A stretch of DNA of 64,000 bases, taken from Acidobacteriota bacterium (GTDB lineage Bacteria > Acidobacteriota > Vicinamibacteria > Vicinamibacterales > SCN-69-37). The notes beneath the pieces were generated by a model, which had not been told where the DNA came from, did not search any database, and saw nothing but the letters and a program-made list of their open reading frames with translations. The stretch's first letter is position 1, and every line of letters starts with the position of its first letter. The stretch covers positions 3,567 through 67,566 of the forward strand of contig JABMNV010000015.1 in the NCBI GenBank assembly GCA_013203475.1, written 5' to 3'. Both the position numbers and the translations under genes were made by a program. Shown here piece by piece: positions 54,007 through 64,000 of this stretch.

Positions 54007-55284
54007 ATGCGTCAGGGGCGACTGCTGCCAGTACGTGTGTGTGCCGTACTGATACTTGTGTGTGCCGTGCTGTTTGCCTCGTGCGGGCAGGGCACCGCAC
54101 AACGCGAGCGCCGCGACATCATGGTCGCGCGTGACGTCGACATTGTCGAGGCCACCGTTCCTCGCAACGCAACCCTGCAGGGATTGCTTGAGAGCCACGC
54201 GGCGTCCAGTGGCTTGGCCGACTCGATTATTGGGGCGGTTCGTCCGGTCTTCGATCCGCGTACCCTGAAACAAGACCAGCCCTACAGCCTGATCACTTCA
54301 CTCGATGGTGTATTCCGGGAATTTCGATACATGGTCGATTCCAACCGGTTTCTTCGCGTCGCGCTCCGTGGGGACAGTCCGGCTGACGCCCCGGAGTTTG
54401 ACGCGGAAGTCGTGCCGTATCCGAAGGAAATTGTCAGCGACGCCGTGGCGTTCGAGATCACAAAGGCCCGCCCGTCGTTATGGGCGGCCCTCCAGGACGT
54501 GGGAGAGGACGCCCAATTGACGCTCTTGTTGGCTGATGCGTTCTCCGGTGAAGTCGACTTCAATTCGGAGCTTCAGGATGGCGACAGATTTGAGGTGCTC
54601 TTTGACCGTGTGCTGCGCGACGGCCAGTTCTCCGGCTACGAAGACGTCAAAGCCGTCACGTTTGTGAACAACGGTCGCGAGTTGACCGCGATTCGTTATC
54701 GAGGCCCCGATGGGCAGAATGCGTGGTACGACGCAGAAGGACGCTCCCTGAAGCGCCAGTTCATGAAGTCTCCGCTCAAGTTCGATCCGTATGTCACCTC
54801 CAGTTTTTCCCGGAATCGGCTCCATCCGGTGTTGGGCACCTACCGCGCCCACCGAGGCGTCGACTACCGAGCCAAGTATGGGACGAACGTCGTGTCCGTG
54901 GCGTCCGGGACGGTCGTGGCCGCCGGTTGGGCGGGTGGCGCGGGTCGCCGTGTGGCGATTCGACACGCCAGCGGCTACGAAAGCGCGTATTTTCACCTCT
55001 CGGCCATCGCCGCCGGCATCCGTCCAGGCGCACGCGTCGAACAAGGGCGAGTGATCGGTCGGGTCGGCAACAGTGGCACCGTGACGGCAACCCATCTTCA
55101 CTATGAGTTGAAGAAGAACGGGAGCCATGTGGATCCCGTGACAGAGCATCGGAAGATGCCTCCCGGTGTGCCCATTCCGGCCGATGAGATGCCTGCGTTT
55201 GAGCAAACGCGCGATCGGCTCTTTACCAACCTTCGTTCCACACTCTTATCCGCGAACGTCGTCCCGACGTCGCGCGGTCAATAA
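54007..55284 (+). CDS. M23-family peptidoglycan metalloendopeptidase
   Basis: HRGVDYRA ... NSGTVTATHLHYEL LytM-type motifs and an N-terminal membrane anchor. Confidence 0.9.
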   Translation: MRQGRLLPVRVCAVLILVCAVLFASCGQGTAQRERRDIMVARDVDIVEATVPRNATLQGLLESHAASSGLADSIIGAVRPVFDPRTLKQDQPYSLITSLDGVFREFRYMVDSNRFLRVALRGDSPADAPEFDAEVVPYPKEIVSDAVAFEITKARPSLWAALQDVGEDAQLTLLLADAFSGEVDFNSELQDGDRFEVLFDRVLRDGQFSGYEDVKAVTFVNNGRELTAIRYRGPDGQNAWYDAEGRSLKRQFMKSPLKFDPYVTSSFSRNRLHPVLGTYRAHRGVDYRAKYGTNVVSVASGTVVAAGWAGGAGRRVAIRHASGYESAYFHLSAIAAGIRPGARVEQGRVIGRVGNSGTVTATHLHYELKKNGSHVDPVTEHRKMPPGVPIPADEMPAFEQTRDRLFTNLRSTLLSANVVPTSRGQ

Positions 55285-55288
55285 CGTT

Positions 55289-56506
55289 ATGGCTGTGTTG
55301 ACACCGTTCCGGGCGCTCCGCCCGGCTCTTGACGTGGCGTCGCGCGTCGCTTCCGTGCCCTACGACGTCGTGGATACGGCTGAGGCCCGCGTGATGACCC
55401 GCGGCGAACCACTCAGTTTTCTCCGCGTCACCCGATCCGAAGTCGACCTGCCAGACAGCATCTCGGCGTACGACGAATCTGTCTACGCCAGGGCCGCAGC
55501 CAATCTGAAAGACCTCATCGCAACCGCGCCTCTGATTGTGGACGATGCGCCGACGTTGTTCTTTTATCGACAGCAGATGGGCGCTCATGTACAGACCGGA
55601 CTGGCCGGGTGTTTTTCGATCGACGAATACGAGCGCGATCTGATCAAGAAACACGAACGTACACGGCCTGACAAAGAGGACGACCGGACGCGCCACATCG
55701 TCGCAGTTCGGGCCCAGACCGGCATCGTGTTCCTGACGTACCGCGCCTCGGTGACCGTGGACGACCTTGCGACGCGCGCCTGCAGCGGAACACCGCTGTA
55801 CGATTTCACATCTCCCGATGGCATTCAGCACACCGTGTGGCCCGTCTCCTCCGATGATGTTGCCGCGCTGGTCCGTGCGTTCGCGGGGGTGCCGGCGCTC
55901 TATATCGCTGATGGACACCATCGGGCGGCGAGTGCCGCGCGTGCGCGCGGGGCGTTGCGGTCGCTCGGCCATGTGTCCGCGGACGCGGACGTCTTTGTTG
56001 CGGTCGCTTTTCCCGATACCCAGTTGAAGATCCTGCCGTACCACCGTGTGGTCAAAGACCTCAATGGCCACACTCCAGAGACCCTGCTGGCCAGCCTGCG
56101 CACCAGAGTAGCGGTGACCGATGGACGACCCACGCCGACGCGGCCCGATGAGGTCTCGATGTTTCTGGCTCGACAGTGGTATGGCCTGACGCTGCCTGGG
56201 TCGCCGTCCGGTACGTCGCGGGCCGATGCGTTGGGCGTGGCCATCCTGCAACGCGAGGTGCTCGCGCCTGTGCTGGGCGTCGGCGACGTTCGGACCGACA
56301 AACGTATTGAGTTTGTGGGCGGAGCCCGAGGCACAGCCGCGCTGGAGGCCCTGGTGACGTCTGGACAGGCTGCCGTCGCGTTCTCCATGTATCCGGTGAC
56401 GGTTGACGATTTAATGACAGTCTCCGACGCCGGAGACAGCATGCCGCCCAAGTCCACCTGGTTTGAGCCCAAATTGCGCGACGGGCTCCTGGTCCACCAG
56501 ATCTAG
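55289..56506 (+). CDS. DUF1015-family protein
   Basis: PFRALRP...VASVPYDVV N-terminus, IADGHHRAASA, and a C-terminal PPKSTWFEPK. ATG 55289 lies 4 nt after the M23 stop. Confidence 0.85.
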   Translation: MAVLTPFRALRPALDVASRVASVPYDVVDTAEARVMTRGEPLSFLRVTRSEVDLPDSISAYDESVYARAAANLKDLIATAPLIVDDAPTLFFYRQQMGAHVQTGLAGCFSIDEYERDLIKKHERTRPDKEDDRTRHIVAVRAQTGIVFLTYRASVTVDDLATRACSGTPLYDFTSPDGIQHTVWPVSSDDVAALVRAFAGVPALYIADGHHRAASAARARGALRSLGHVSADADVFVAVAFPDTQLKILPYHRVVKDLNGHTPETLLASLRTRVAVTDGRPTPTRPDEVSMFLARQWYGLTLPGSPSGTSRADALGVAILQREVLAPVLGVGDVRTDKRIEFVGGARGTAALEALVTSGQAAVAFSMYPVTVDDLMTVSDAGDSMPPKSTWFEPKLRDGLLVHQI

Positions 56507-56547
56507 TCCACCAAACGTAGTCGCCGCCCCCGCTGGAGTCCTTACCC

Positions 56548-57636
56548 ATGAGTGTTCATCGCGTCTTCAATTTCTCTTCGGGACCAGCCGTGCTTCCGCT
56601 TCCTGTGCTCGAGGAGGCGCAACGCGACCTGCTGGCACTTCCAGGTGTCGGGATGTCGGCCATGGAGGTCAGCCATCGGTCCAAGGCCTTTGATGAAATT
56701 CTGAACGGTGCGACCGCGCGGATGCGGTCGATCGCCCGTATCCCTGATCAGTACAAGATCCTGTTTCTGCAAGGCGGGGCCAGCCTTCAGTTCTCCATGG
56801 TGCCGATGAATCTGCTGACGCCTGGGACCACGGCCGACTACATCGTGACCGGGGACTGGGGGAAGAAAGCCCTGAAAGAGGCCAGGAAGGTAGGGGCTAC
56901 GTCGGTGGCGGCCACGACCGAGGATGGCAATTTCACCCGTGTGCCGTCGCAATCGGAACTGCAGCTGACACCGGGCGCCGCCTACGTTCACATGACGGCG
57001 AACAACACCATTCACGGGACGGAATGGCACCAAGCGCCGGACTCTGGAAACGTGCCCCTGGTGTGTGATGCGTCGTCAAATATTTTGTCTGGTCCAATCG
57101 ATGTCGCGAAGTACGGCGTCATTTATGCTGGGGCCCAGAAGAATCTCGGCCCCTCAGGTGTGACCGTCGTGATCATTCGCGAAGATCTCCTGGCTCGCTC
57201 CGCCGAGACCCTGCCGGCGATGCTGAACTATCGAGTGCAGGCCGAAGGCGGCTCGCGGTACAACACCCCCCCCGCCTTTGGTATCTATGTTCTCGGACTC
57301 ACCCTCAAATGGCTTGAAGGCATCGGCGGCCTCGCGGCGATTGATGCGATCAACGCCAGAAAAGCCGCCACGCTGTATGCCGAGCTTGATCGCACCGCCT
57401 TCTGGACGGCACATGCCGATGTGGAGTCTCGCTCGCGAATGAACGTCACCTTCCGCCTGCCATCAGAAGAGATCGAAAAGCACTTCGTGAAAGAATCCAC
57501 CGCCGCCGGGCTCGATGGCCTGAAGGGCCACCGATCCGTGGGTGGTCTCCGCGCGTCGATTTACAACGCGTTTCCTGAAGATGGCATCACCGCGCTTGTC
57601 CAGTTCATGCAGGAATTCGAACGTACATACGGCTAG
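56548..57636 (+). CDS. serC: Phosphoserine aminotransferase
   Basis: FNFSSGPAVLP, SHRSK.F, GAQKNLGPSG, GGLRASIYNA. Confidence 0.95.
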   Translation: MSVHRVFNFSSGPAVLPLPVLEEAQRDLLALPGVGMSAMEVSHRSKAFDEILNGATARMRSIARIPDQYKILFLQGGASLQFSMVPMNLLTPGTTADYIVTGDWGKKALKEARKVGATSVAATTEDGNFTRVPSQSELQLTPGAAYVHMTANNTIHGTEWHQAPDSGNVPLVCDASSNILSGPIDVAKYGVIYAGAQKNLGPSGVTVVIIREDLLARSAETLPAMLNYRVQAEGGSRYNTPPAFGIYVLGLTLKWLEGIGGLAAIDAINARKAATLYAELDRTAFWTAHADVESRSRMNVTFRLPSEEIEKHFVKESTAAGLDGLKGHRSVGGLRASIYNAFPEDGITALVQFMQEFERTYG

Positions 57637-57654
57637 AGAAATTCTGGAGAGACG

Positions 57655-59763
57655 ATGTTGAACGCTGTAGCCATTGCGCTGCTGCTCACCGGCGTGGTGC
57701 GAACGAGTGACGGACAGCCCGTGGCCGGCGCGCGGGTCATCGTGCACCAGGCCTCGGCGGCCATTGTTGTCACCGACGCCTCAGGGAGGTTTCGCGTTCC
57801 TGACGTCACCCTGCCTGTTGACCTCACCGTGCAGGTGAACGGGTTCGCCGAACGCAGAGTGACGGTCTTCGCTTCGCCGGTTGACCTGACCGTACTGCCC
57901 GAAACCGTCTCAGCATCCGTACTGGTCCTGGGCAACGCCGGAGGCCGGGACCTGGCGACCGGGGCCGTCACGTTTGACAAGACGTTTCTGTCGAACGCGC
58001 CGGGCTTGACCGTTGATGAGGTCCTGCGCCCCTCGGCTGGCCTCTCGCTGTTTCGGCGCTCATCAGCCCGCACAGCCAACCCGACCACCCACGGCGTGAC
58101 CCTGCGCGGACTCTCGGCCTCCGGCGCCAGTCGGGCGCTTGTGCTGTTCGATGGGCTTCCCCTTAACGATGGATTCGGCGCCTGGGTCACCTGGACCCGA
58201 GTGCCAACCGAGGCGATCGATTCCATTGAGGTCCTGCCTGGCGCGGGAGGGGACCTCTTCGGCTCTGATGCTCTCGGAGGTGTGATTCGCATACGTTCGA
58301 CGATGCCCCACCGTGCGGACCCTTCGCTGACGCTTGCTGTCGGCACACGTGAGACGAAGACGGGTGACGGGTCCTTGGGCCTAACACACGGCCGGACGGC
58401 GATGTGGTTGGCGGCGTCAGCCGTCGACACGGCCGGTGATTTTCCACTCGAACCCAGCTCGCGCGGTCTGGCGGATCGGCCCGCTTCCGCGAACTGGTGG
58501 AACGCCTTCGGGCGGGTCGATGTCACCGCCGGACCTCGCCGCTGGACGCTGACGGCGCTCGGCGGCCGCGATCGGCGCGGTAATGGCACGGTGTTGCAGC
58601 GTAACCGGTCGGCCGGTGGCTCCGCGTTGGCGGCGGTGCAGTCTGTGAGCGACACGGCGACCTGGGCCGCGCGCGTCGCGGTCAGTCCCAACCGGTACGA
58701 GCAGACGTTTTCGGCGGTCTCGTCGTCACGAGCCACCGAGTTTCTGGTGTTGACGCAGCTTATCGACGTCACGACGACACGCGCCAATGTGGAATATGGT
58801 CGCACCATGCCGATGGGGTTCGTGATGGTGCGTGCGGGCGCGACGCGCGCGGTCGCTGATTTCGAGGAGCGCCGCACGAGCGGGACGACGACCGTGGCAC
58901 TGAGGGACGACAGTGAGTCGATCTCGGTGCAGGCGGCTGTTTCGCCCTGGGGGAGCGTGACCGTCGGGGGTGGTGTGCGTCACGAGTGGCGGGCGGCTCC
59001 GACCTCCACCGACGGGCGAGACCGAGCGGCGATTGGTCGACTGTCGGCAACGTGGCAGGTGCGGCCGTCGGTGGTGGTCCGCTCCGCGGCCGCCATGAGT
59101 CATCGCTGGCCCACCCTGAACGAACTGACTCGGGGCTTTCGTGTCGGGAGTACGTCTACGTTGGCGAATTCTTCGCTCAAGCCTGAGCGTGCGGGGATGG
59201 TTGACGCGGGCGTCACGTGGAGCGGCCTGGCCTGGACCGGCGGCCTCGCAGCATTCCAGACCACGGTTGATGATGTCATCGCCAACGTCACGCTTCCCTC
59301 GCTGACGGGCATCGTCCGCGAACGGCAGAATGCCGGGCAGGCCCGGGCGCGCGGCGTTGAGGTCGACCTTGATGGCCGCCCTGCCAGTTGGCTACAGGTG
59401 CGGGGGTCGGTGATCCTGACGGACTCGACGTTCCAACACTCTGCCGAACCCGCGATCGAAGGGAATCGACTCCCGCAGGTGCCGCGGGTCAGTGCTGCGC
59501 TGGCGTTCAACCTTCGCCCCGCATCCGGGTGGCGGGTGGATGTGGTCGCCCGGTCGATCGGCGCGCAGTTCGATGATGATCGCAACGCGTTCGAGTTGGC
59601 ACCGGCTCACCAGGTGGACGGCCGCATCGCCGCACGCACATCAAGGATTGAGTGGGCCGCGGTTGTTGAGAATGTGTTTGGCGCGCGTGTAGAAGTGGGC
59701 CGCACGCCACTTGTGACACTGGCCCCCGGGCGGGCGATGCGCTTAAGTGCGACCTGGCGGTAG
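57655..59763 (+). CDS. TonB-dependent receptor with N-terminal carboxypeptidase-regulatory-like domain
   Basis: GVVRTSDGQPVAGARVIV...DASGRFRV, then plug motifs (RGLSASGASRALVLFDGLPLND, DLFGSDALGGVIRI) and a long barrel. Confidence 0.85.
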   Translation: MLNAVAIALLLTGVVRTSDGQPVAGARVIVHQASAAIVVTDASGRFRVPDVTLPVDLTVQVNGFAERRVTVFASPVDLTVLPETVSASVLVLGNAGGRDLATGAVTFDKTFLSNAPGLTVDEVLRPSAGLSLFRRSSARTANPTTHGVTLRGLSASGASRALVLFDGLPLNDGFGAWVTWTRVPTEAIDSIEVLPGAGGDLFGSDALGGVIRIRSTMPHRADPSLTLAVGTRETKTGDGSLGLTHGRTAMWLAASAVDTAGDFPLEPSSRGLADRPASANWWNAFGRVDVTAGPRRWTLTALGGRDRRGNGTVLQRNRSAGGSALAAVQSVSDTATWAARVAVSPNRYEQTFSAVSSSRATEFLVLTQLIDVTTTRANVEYGRTMPMGFVMVRAGATRAVADFEERRTSGTTTVALRDDSESISVQAAVSPWGSVTVGGGVRHEWRAAPTSTDGRDRAAIGRLSATWQVRPSVVVRSAAAMSHRWPTLNELTRGFRVGSTSTLANSSLKPERAGMVDAGVTWSGLAWTGGLAAFQTTVDDVIANVTLPSLTGIVRERQNAGQARARGVEVDLDGRPASWLQVRGSVILTDSTFQHSAEPAIEGNRLPQVPRVSAALAFNLRPASGWRVDVVARSIGAQFDDDRNAFELAPAHQVDGRIAARTSRIEWAAVVENVFGARVEVGRTPLVTLAPGRAMRLSATWR

Positions 59764-59792
59764 CAGGCGTCATCTCGCAAGCGCCCCGGAGA

Positions 59793-61076
59793 CTACTCGG
59801 CGGACGGCTCAGAAGTCTTGCCGCGCCCACCGCGTCTGCGTCCGCGCCGGCGGCGCCGCTTGGGGTGGCCTGACGGATCACCCTCGGCGCTCGGCGGCGT
59901 CGGGGCCGCCGCCTTCAGCGCCGTCCAACGTGCCAGCTCGTCTGGAGCGTCGGTGAACACTTCGAGCCACAACAGTGCGTCTCTGAATGCCGGGCGCTGC
60001 GGCAGGCTGCGTGTGAATCGCACGGGCGGATCCGGCTCAAGCATCCGCGGCAACACGGTCACGACCTGACTCAACCGATCCAGATCGCGTCGGGCGATGG
60101 GCAGAATTCCAAAGCTGACGCGGGTATCGCTCGGGTTGCCAGGCGTACGGCGGACGATAAGCTCGGATGGCACCAGGAGCGCACCGATCAGAATGGCATT
60201 CGTCAGCGTGTCCGGCGGTTCTTTGAATCGGCGACGATAGGCGTCGAGCCGTGCCAGTGAATCCCAGACCGCGTCGGATGGGCCTTCAAGTTCCGGCGTC
60301 ATCAGCCCGAGCAACCCGAGCCGATCCAGTGCTCGAAAACTGGCCTCGGCGTACCCGGAGCGGAGAATCTTGTAGTACTCCTCAAGCAACCGGGCGCCCG
60401 AGGCTTCGGCAATGAGTGGGCGAAGTGTGGCGATCGCATCCAGGACGAGCGCGTCAATGTCGAATCCCAGGCGTGCACTGAGTACCGCGGCGCGGAGCAT
60501 GCGAACCGGGTCTTCGACAAATCGCACCATCGGATCGCCAATCGACCGGATCAGCCTGCGCTCCAGATCGCCAAGGCCACCAACGAAGTCAATGATGGAG
60601 TACGTGGCTATGTCGTAGAACATCGCGTTCACGGTGAAGTCTCTTCGGAACGCGTCTTCTTCGGGGGTGCCAAAGGTGTTGTCTCGACGGATGATGCCGT
60701 CGTGTTTCGTTGCCTCGTCTGTGGTCGTATCGGGTGGCGCGTCGGACGCCGAATCGGGGGGCTGGCTGGGAACGTTTTTCCGAAAGGTCGCCACTTCGAT
60801 CGTCTTCTGACCGAACTTGACGTGCGCCAAGCGGAAACGTCGGCCGATGATCCAGCAGTTCCTGAACAGCTTCTTGATTTCGTAGGGGTGGGCGTTGGTC
60901 GCGATGTCGAAGTCCTTCGGTCGCCGACCCAACAACAGGTCACGCACGCCACCACCAACGAGATACGCGGTATGTTGCCCCTGCGCAAGACGATAGAGCA
61001 CCTTGAGCGCGTCGGGATCAATTTCGCGCCGGGAAATCGTATGCTCGGCGCGGGGAACGATGACGGGCTCAACCAC
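59793..61076 (-). CDS. pcnB: Poly(A) polymerase I (CCA-adding/PcnB NTase family) with basic C-terminal tail
   Basis: AYLVGGGVRDLLLGRRPKDFDIATNAHP...FRNCWIIGRRFRLAHV. Tail KRRRRRGRRRGGRGK. GTG start, with TATAAT (61090->61085) 8 nt upstream. Confidence 0.85.
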   Translation of the reverse strand: MVEPVIVPRAEHTISRREIDPDALKVLYRLAQGQHTAYLVGGGVRDLLLGRRPKDFDIATNAHPYEIKKLFRNCWIIGRRFRLAHVKFGQKTIEVATFRKNVPSQPPDSASDAPPDTTTDEATKHDGIIRRDNTFGTPEEDAFRRDFTVNAMFYDIATYSIIDFVGGLGDLERRLIRSIGDPMVRFVEDPVRMLRAAVLSARLGFDIDALVLDAIATLRPLIAEASGARLLEEYYKILRSGYAEASFRALDRLGLLGLMTPELEGPSDAVWDSLARLDAYRRRFKEPPDTLTNAILIGALLVPSELIVRRTPGNPSDTRVSFGILPIARRDLDRLSQVVTVLPRMLEPDPPVRFTRSLPQRPAFRDALLWLEVFTDAPDELARWTALKAAAPTPPSAEGDPSGHPKRRRRRGRRRGGRGKTSEPSAE

Positions 61077-61212
61077 GAATCGGAATTATACCGGTCACCT
61101 TGAGGCCCGAATGCTTTTACTCGCGACTAAATCATAGTTAAGTCCAATAAAAACAACGAGTTATGAGTATTATCAAGAATAACGCGGACTATCTCCAGGC
61201 CCGGGTCGGTCA

Positions 61213-63909
61213 CTAGGGTTTGGCTGCGTCCCAGTTCGGTCCTGACCCCACATCCACCGTGAGTGGCACGGCCAGAGCGAATGCGGCCTCCATCGTGTCT
61301 CTGACGAGAGTCATCATTGTCGGCACGTCACCCTCGGGCGCTTCGAACAGGAGTTCGTCATGAACGGTGAGGATCATGCGGCTTGGGACGGCTGCGGTCG
61401 CGTTATGCGAGGCCAGTGCGCTGGCGACGTCGATCATGGCCTTCTTCAGAATGTCTGCCGCCGTGCCCTGGATCGGCATGTTGACCGTTTCACGTTCCGC
61501 GGCGGCGCGAATCTGACCGTTGCGACTGGTCAGTTCAGGCATCAGCCGCTGGCGGCCCGTCAAGGTTCGGACGACGCCGCTTTGCCTGGCGGCGTCCAGC
61601 GTCTGGTCGATGAATGTTCGCACGGCCGGGAAGCCCGCGAAATATGCGTCGATGAACTCCTGCGCGGCTTGTTGTGGCACGCCGATGTCTTTCGCGAGCG
61701 TGAACGCCGTTTTTCCGTACAGCAGCGCGTAATTGATGATCTTTGCGCGTCGCCTCAGCTCGTGCGGATCCAGGCCGCTGTCCGTTCCGAATACCCGTGC
61801 TGCAGTCTGGTCGTGAATGTCTTCGCCGTGCTTGAACGCTTCGATCAAAGCGGTGTCGCCCGACAAGTGTGCCAGGACGCGGAGTTCGATCTGAGAGTAA
61901 TCCGCAGAAATCAGCGCGTGCCCGGGTGCGGCAATGAAGGCCGCACGGATTTGCCGACCGGTCGAGGTGCGGACTGGAATGTTCTGCAGATTCGGGTCGC
62001 TGCTGCTCAGGCGTCCCGTTGCGGCCACGGCTTGATTGAACGTGGTGTGGACGCGCCCTGTGGCGGGATTCACCAGCAGTGGCAGCGCATCGACGTACGT
62101 GCCCTTGAGTTTCTGCACACTGCGCCACTGGAGCACGAGTCCGGGGAGTTCGTGGGTCTGGGCCAGTTCTTCGAGGACGGCCATCGCCGTCGAGGAGGCT
62201 CGGGTCTTTCCGGTCTTTTTCGTCGACGGCAATTGCAAACGCTCGAACAGGATTTCCCCGAGTTGTTTGGGTGAATTGATGTTGAACTCTTCGCCCGCCA
62301 GACCAAAGATGCTTGCGCTGAGGCGGTCCAGGTCGTCTTGCATCGAGCTCGATAGTCGAGCAAGTGCTTCCACGTCGAGTCCCACGCCCTCGCGTTCGAT
62401 GTCTGCCAGAATCGGAATCAGGGGCAATTCGAAATCGCGGTAGACGGCCGAAAGTGCCGGGTCTGCCAGGTCCGCGCGCAGGCTGTCGGCCATTCGGAGC
62501 GGCAGGTCGGCCCGTTCGCCGGCAAAATTCAGGAGAGACGTCGCAGGAACGGCATCCAGGGAGACGGCTTTGCTGCCTCGCCCCGTCACCTCGTCGACCT
62601 GAACGGCCCCGTAACCCGTTCGGGCCAGGGCCAGGTCCCGCAGGCCATGGCTCGAGCCGGTGGCGTCCACCACGTAGCTGGCAATCATCGTGTCGAGGTC
62701 AAGTCCGGACAGGGGGCACCCGATTCGTGCGCACAGGACAGACGTGGACTTCAGGTCGTGTCCGATCTTTGCCACTGCGGGGTCGGCGAATAGCGGGGCC
62801 AGGCGGCTGGCCACGTCACGTGTGCGCAGGTTTGGCGTCTCGGTGAGGCCGCTGTGAGTCAGGGGAACGTAGCGTGCCTGATGTGGCGCGGTCGCCAGAC
62901 TCAGGCCCACGACGGTGGCGTCGACGGCGGATGTGCCCGCGGCAACGGCGGCCAGAGCCGCGACTGAGAGCTGGCCCGCCGCTCGCGCCGCGTCAGTGAT
63001 GGCGTCCAACTCTTCCAACGTCGTCACCACGGCATAGTCCTGTGCCGAGGTGGCGGCGGTGGGAGCGAATTCCGGAGTCAACGTTCGAAATCCCAACGAA
63101 GAGAACAGGGCGTAGCACCGGGCGGCGTCCGGTCCGCGGTACCGCAGCGCGTCGGCGTCGAACTCGACCGGCACGTCGAGTCGAATCGTGGCAAGTACTC
63201 GACTGGCCCGTGCGTCTTCGGCGTGCTGGGTCAGCGCGTCGCGATACCGCTTCTGTGTCAGGCCCGGAGCCGCGGCGAGCAGCGCGTCGAGCGTGCCGTG
63301 GGACGTAATCAACGCGCGCGCGCCCTTTTCGCCGATCCCTGGGACGCCCTTGATGTTGTCGACGCTGTCGCCCATGAGCGCCAGTACATCCACCACCTGC
63401 TCCGGCCGCACGCCGAACTTCGCCAGGACGCCCTCAGCGTCAAACCACGTGCCGTCGTCTTTCGGGTTGTAGATGGCAAGTCCGTCGGTCACCAGTTGAA
63501 AAAAATCCTTGTCGCCGGTCACGATGGCCACGTCAAAGCCGGCGGCCCGGGCCTTGACGGCCAGCGTGCCCAGCACATCGTCGGCCTCAAAGCCGGCCAC
63601 GGTCAGGTATGGGACACCCATCGCCTCACACGCGTCGTGAACCAACGGCACTTGTTCGGCGAGGTCGGTCGGCATCGGTGCACGATTGGCCTTGTAGTCC
63701 GCGGCGAGATCGTCTCGAAATGTACGTCCTGGCAGGTCAAATGATGCGACGAGATAGTCGGGGTGATGGTCGGTGATGAGCTTGCGCAGCATATTGACGA
63801 AGCCGTAGATCGCATTCGTCGATTTGCCGTCGGGACCGGACAGTTCGCGTATCGCATGGTAGGCGCGATACATCTGTGAGTTGCCATCGATAAGAAACAG
63901 GCGCGGCAT
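61213..63909 (-). CDS. polA: DNA polymerase I
   Basis: 898 aa with a 5'-nuclease domain (LIDGNSQMYRAYHA), a 3'-5' exonuclease-like region, and polymerase motifs DYSQIELRVLAH, RRRAKIINYALLYG and QVHDE-like TVHDELLFE. Confidence 0.97.
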   Translation of the reverse strand: MPRLFLIDGNSQMYRAYHAIRELSGPDGKSTNAIYGFVNMLRKLITDHHPDYLVASFDLPGRTFRDDLAADYKANRAPMPTDLAEQVPLVHDACEAMGVPYLTVAGFEADDVLGTLAVKARAAGFDVAIVTGDKDFFQLVTDGLAIYNPKDDGTWFDAEGVLAKFGVRPEQVVDVLALMGDSVDNIKGVPGIGEKGARALITSHGTLDALLAAAPGLTQKRYRDALTQHAEDARASRVLATIRLDVPVEFDADALRYRGPDAARCYALFSSLGFRTLTPEFAPTAATSAQDYAVVTTLEELDAITDAARAAGQLSVAALAAVAAGTSAVDATVVGLSLATAPHQARYVPLTHSGLTETPNLRTRDVASRLAPLFADPAVAKIGHDLKSTSVLCARIGCPLSGLDLDTMIASYVVDATGSSHGLRDLALARTGYGAVQVDEVTGRGSKAVSLDAVPATSLLNFAGERADLPLRMADSLRADLADPALSAVYRDFELPLIPILADIEREGVGLDVEALARLSSSMQDDLDRLSASIFGLAGEEFNINSPKQLGEILFERLQLPSTKKTGKTRASSTAMAVLEELAQTHELPGLVLQWRSVQKLKGTYVDALPLLVNPATGRVHTTFNQAVAATGRLSSSDPNLQNIPVRTSTGRQIRAAFIAAPGHALISADYSQIELRVLAHLSGDTALIEAFKHGEDIHDQTAARVFGTDSGLDPHELRRRAKIINYALLYGKTAFTLAKDIGVPQQAAQEFIDAYFAGFPAVRTFIDQTLDAARQSGVVRTLTGRQRLMPELTSRNGQIRAAAERETVNMPIQGTAADILKKAMIDVASALASHNATAAVPSRMILTVHDELLFEAPEGDVPTMMTLVRDTMEAAFALAVPLTVDVGSGPNWDAAKP

Positions 63910-63940
63910 GTCGATGGGGAAGAATGTATATCATTCGACC

Positions 63941-64000
63941 GTGCGTAGTCCTGTCGCGAAGCTGGTCATCTTGGTGCTGTGCGTGGGCGCTGCCGCGGTC
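63941..64000 (+). CDS. 5' end of an unidentified gene (signal or TM-like N-terminus), runs off the window
   Basis: My own translation from GTG 63941 gives (M)RSPVAKLVILVLCVGAAAV. TATCAT at 63929-63934 is 6 nt upstream. Only 20 codons are visible. Confidence 0.3.
   Translation, partial: MRSPVAKLVILVLCVGAAAV

Noticed and set aside
1-64000. CRISPR arrays, tRNA/rRNA genes, and intact IS elements or integrases
   Set aside because: I found no regularly spaced direct repeats with spacers, no cloverleaf-compatible sequence in the few non-coding gaps (all shorter than about 330 bp), and no intact transposase or integrase ORF. Only the IS30 fragment at 4530-4829 is present.

Overview
High-GC, densely coding bacterial chromosomal segment with about 60 genes. 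I found no rRNA, tRNA or CRISPR array. The gene content suggests Acidobacteriota, but this cannot be proven from the window alone: a duplicated MacB/FtsX-type orphan (ADOP-like) permease, TonB-dependent receptors, many secreted peptidases (penicillin-acylase family, M28 x2, M20, M23) and hpnC-hpnD-hpnE squalene genes. Most of the window is housekeeping: polA, pcnB, serC, ilvE, ychF, def, thiI, cystathionine beta-synthase, carbonic anhydrase and a DprE1/DprE2-like pair. The clearly accessory part is about 3.9-9.0 kb. It holds an intact higBA module, an IS30-family transposase remnant, a decayed AbrB-antitoxin/Doc-toxin pair, a MutY-core/MutT pair, two head-to-head two-gene modules that each encode a minimal AbiEii/MenT-like nucleotidyltransferase with an unrelated small partner, and a YigZ (IMPACT) remnant. 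Other points worth a second look: (1) a recurrent leaderless-type architecture, with a TANNNT hexamer 6-8 nt upstream of the start codon at 9 or more genes; (2) a 22-nt element present twice as an exact copy; (3) a perfect TGTGA-N6-TCACA palindrome inside the core promoter of a LolA-like / MMPL-RND / outer-membrane-barrel trio; (4) a pduO-hpnCDE-thiI string with overlapping start and stop codons; (5) a (C4N4)x4 G-quadruplex-type motif between convergent genes; (6) three otherwise well-conserved genes that are interrupted (internal deletion, in-frame TAG, +1 frameshift), which may be real pseudogenes or assembly errors. All functional calls come from motif and family recognition by eye. No database search was run.
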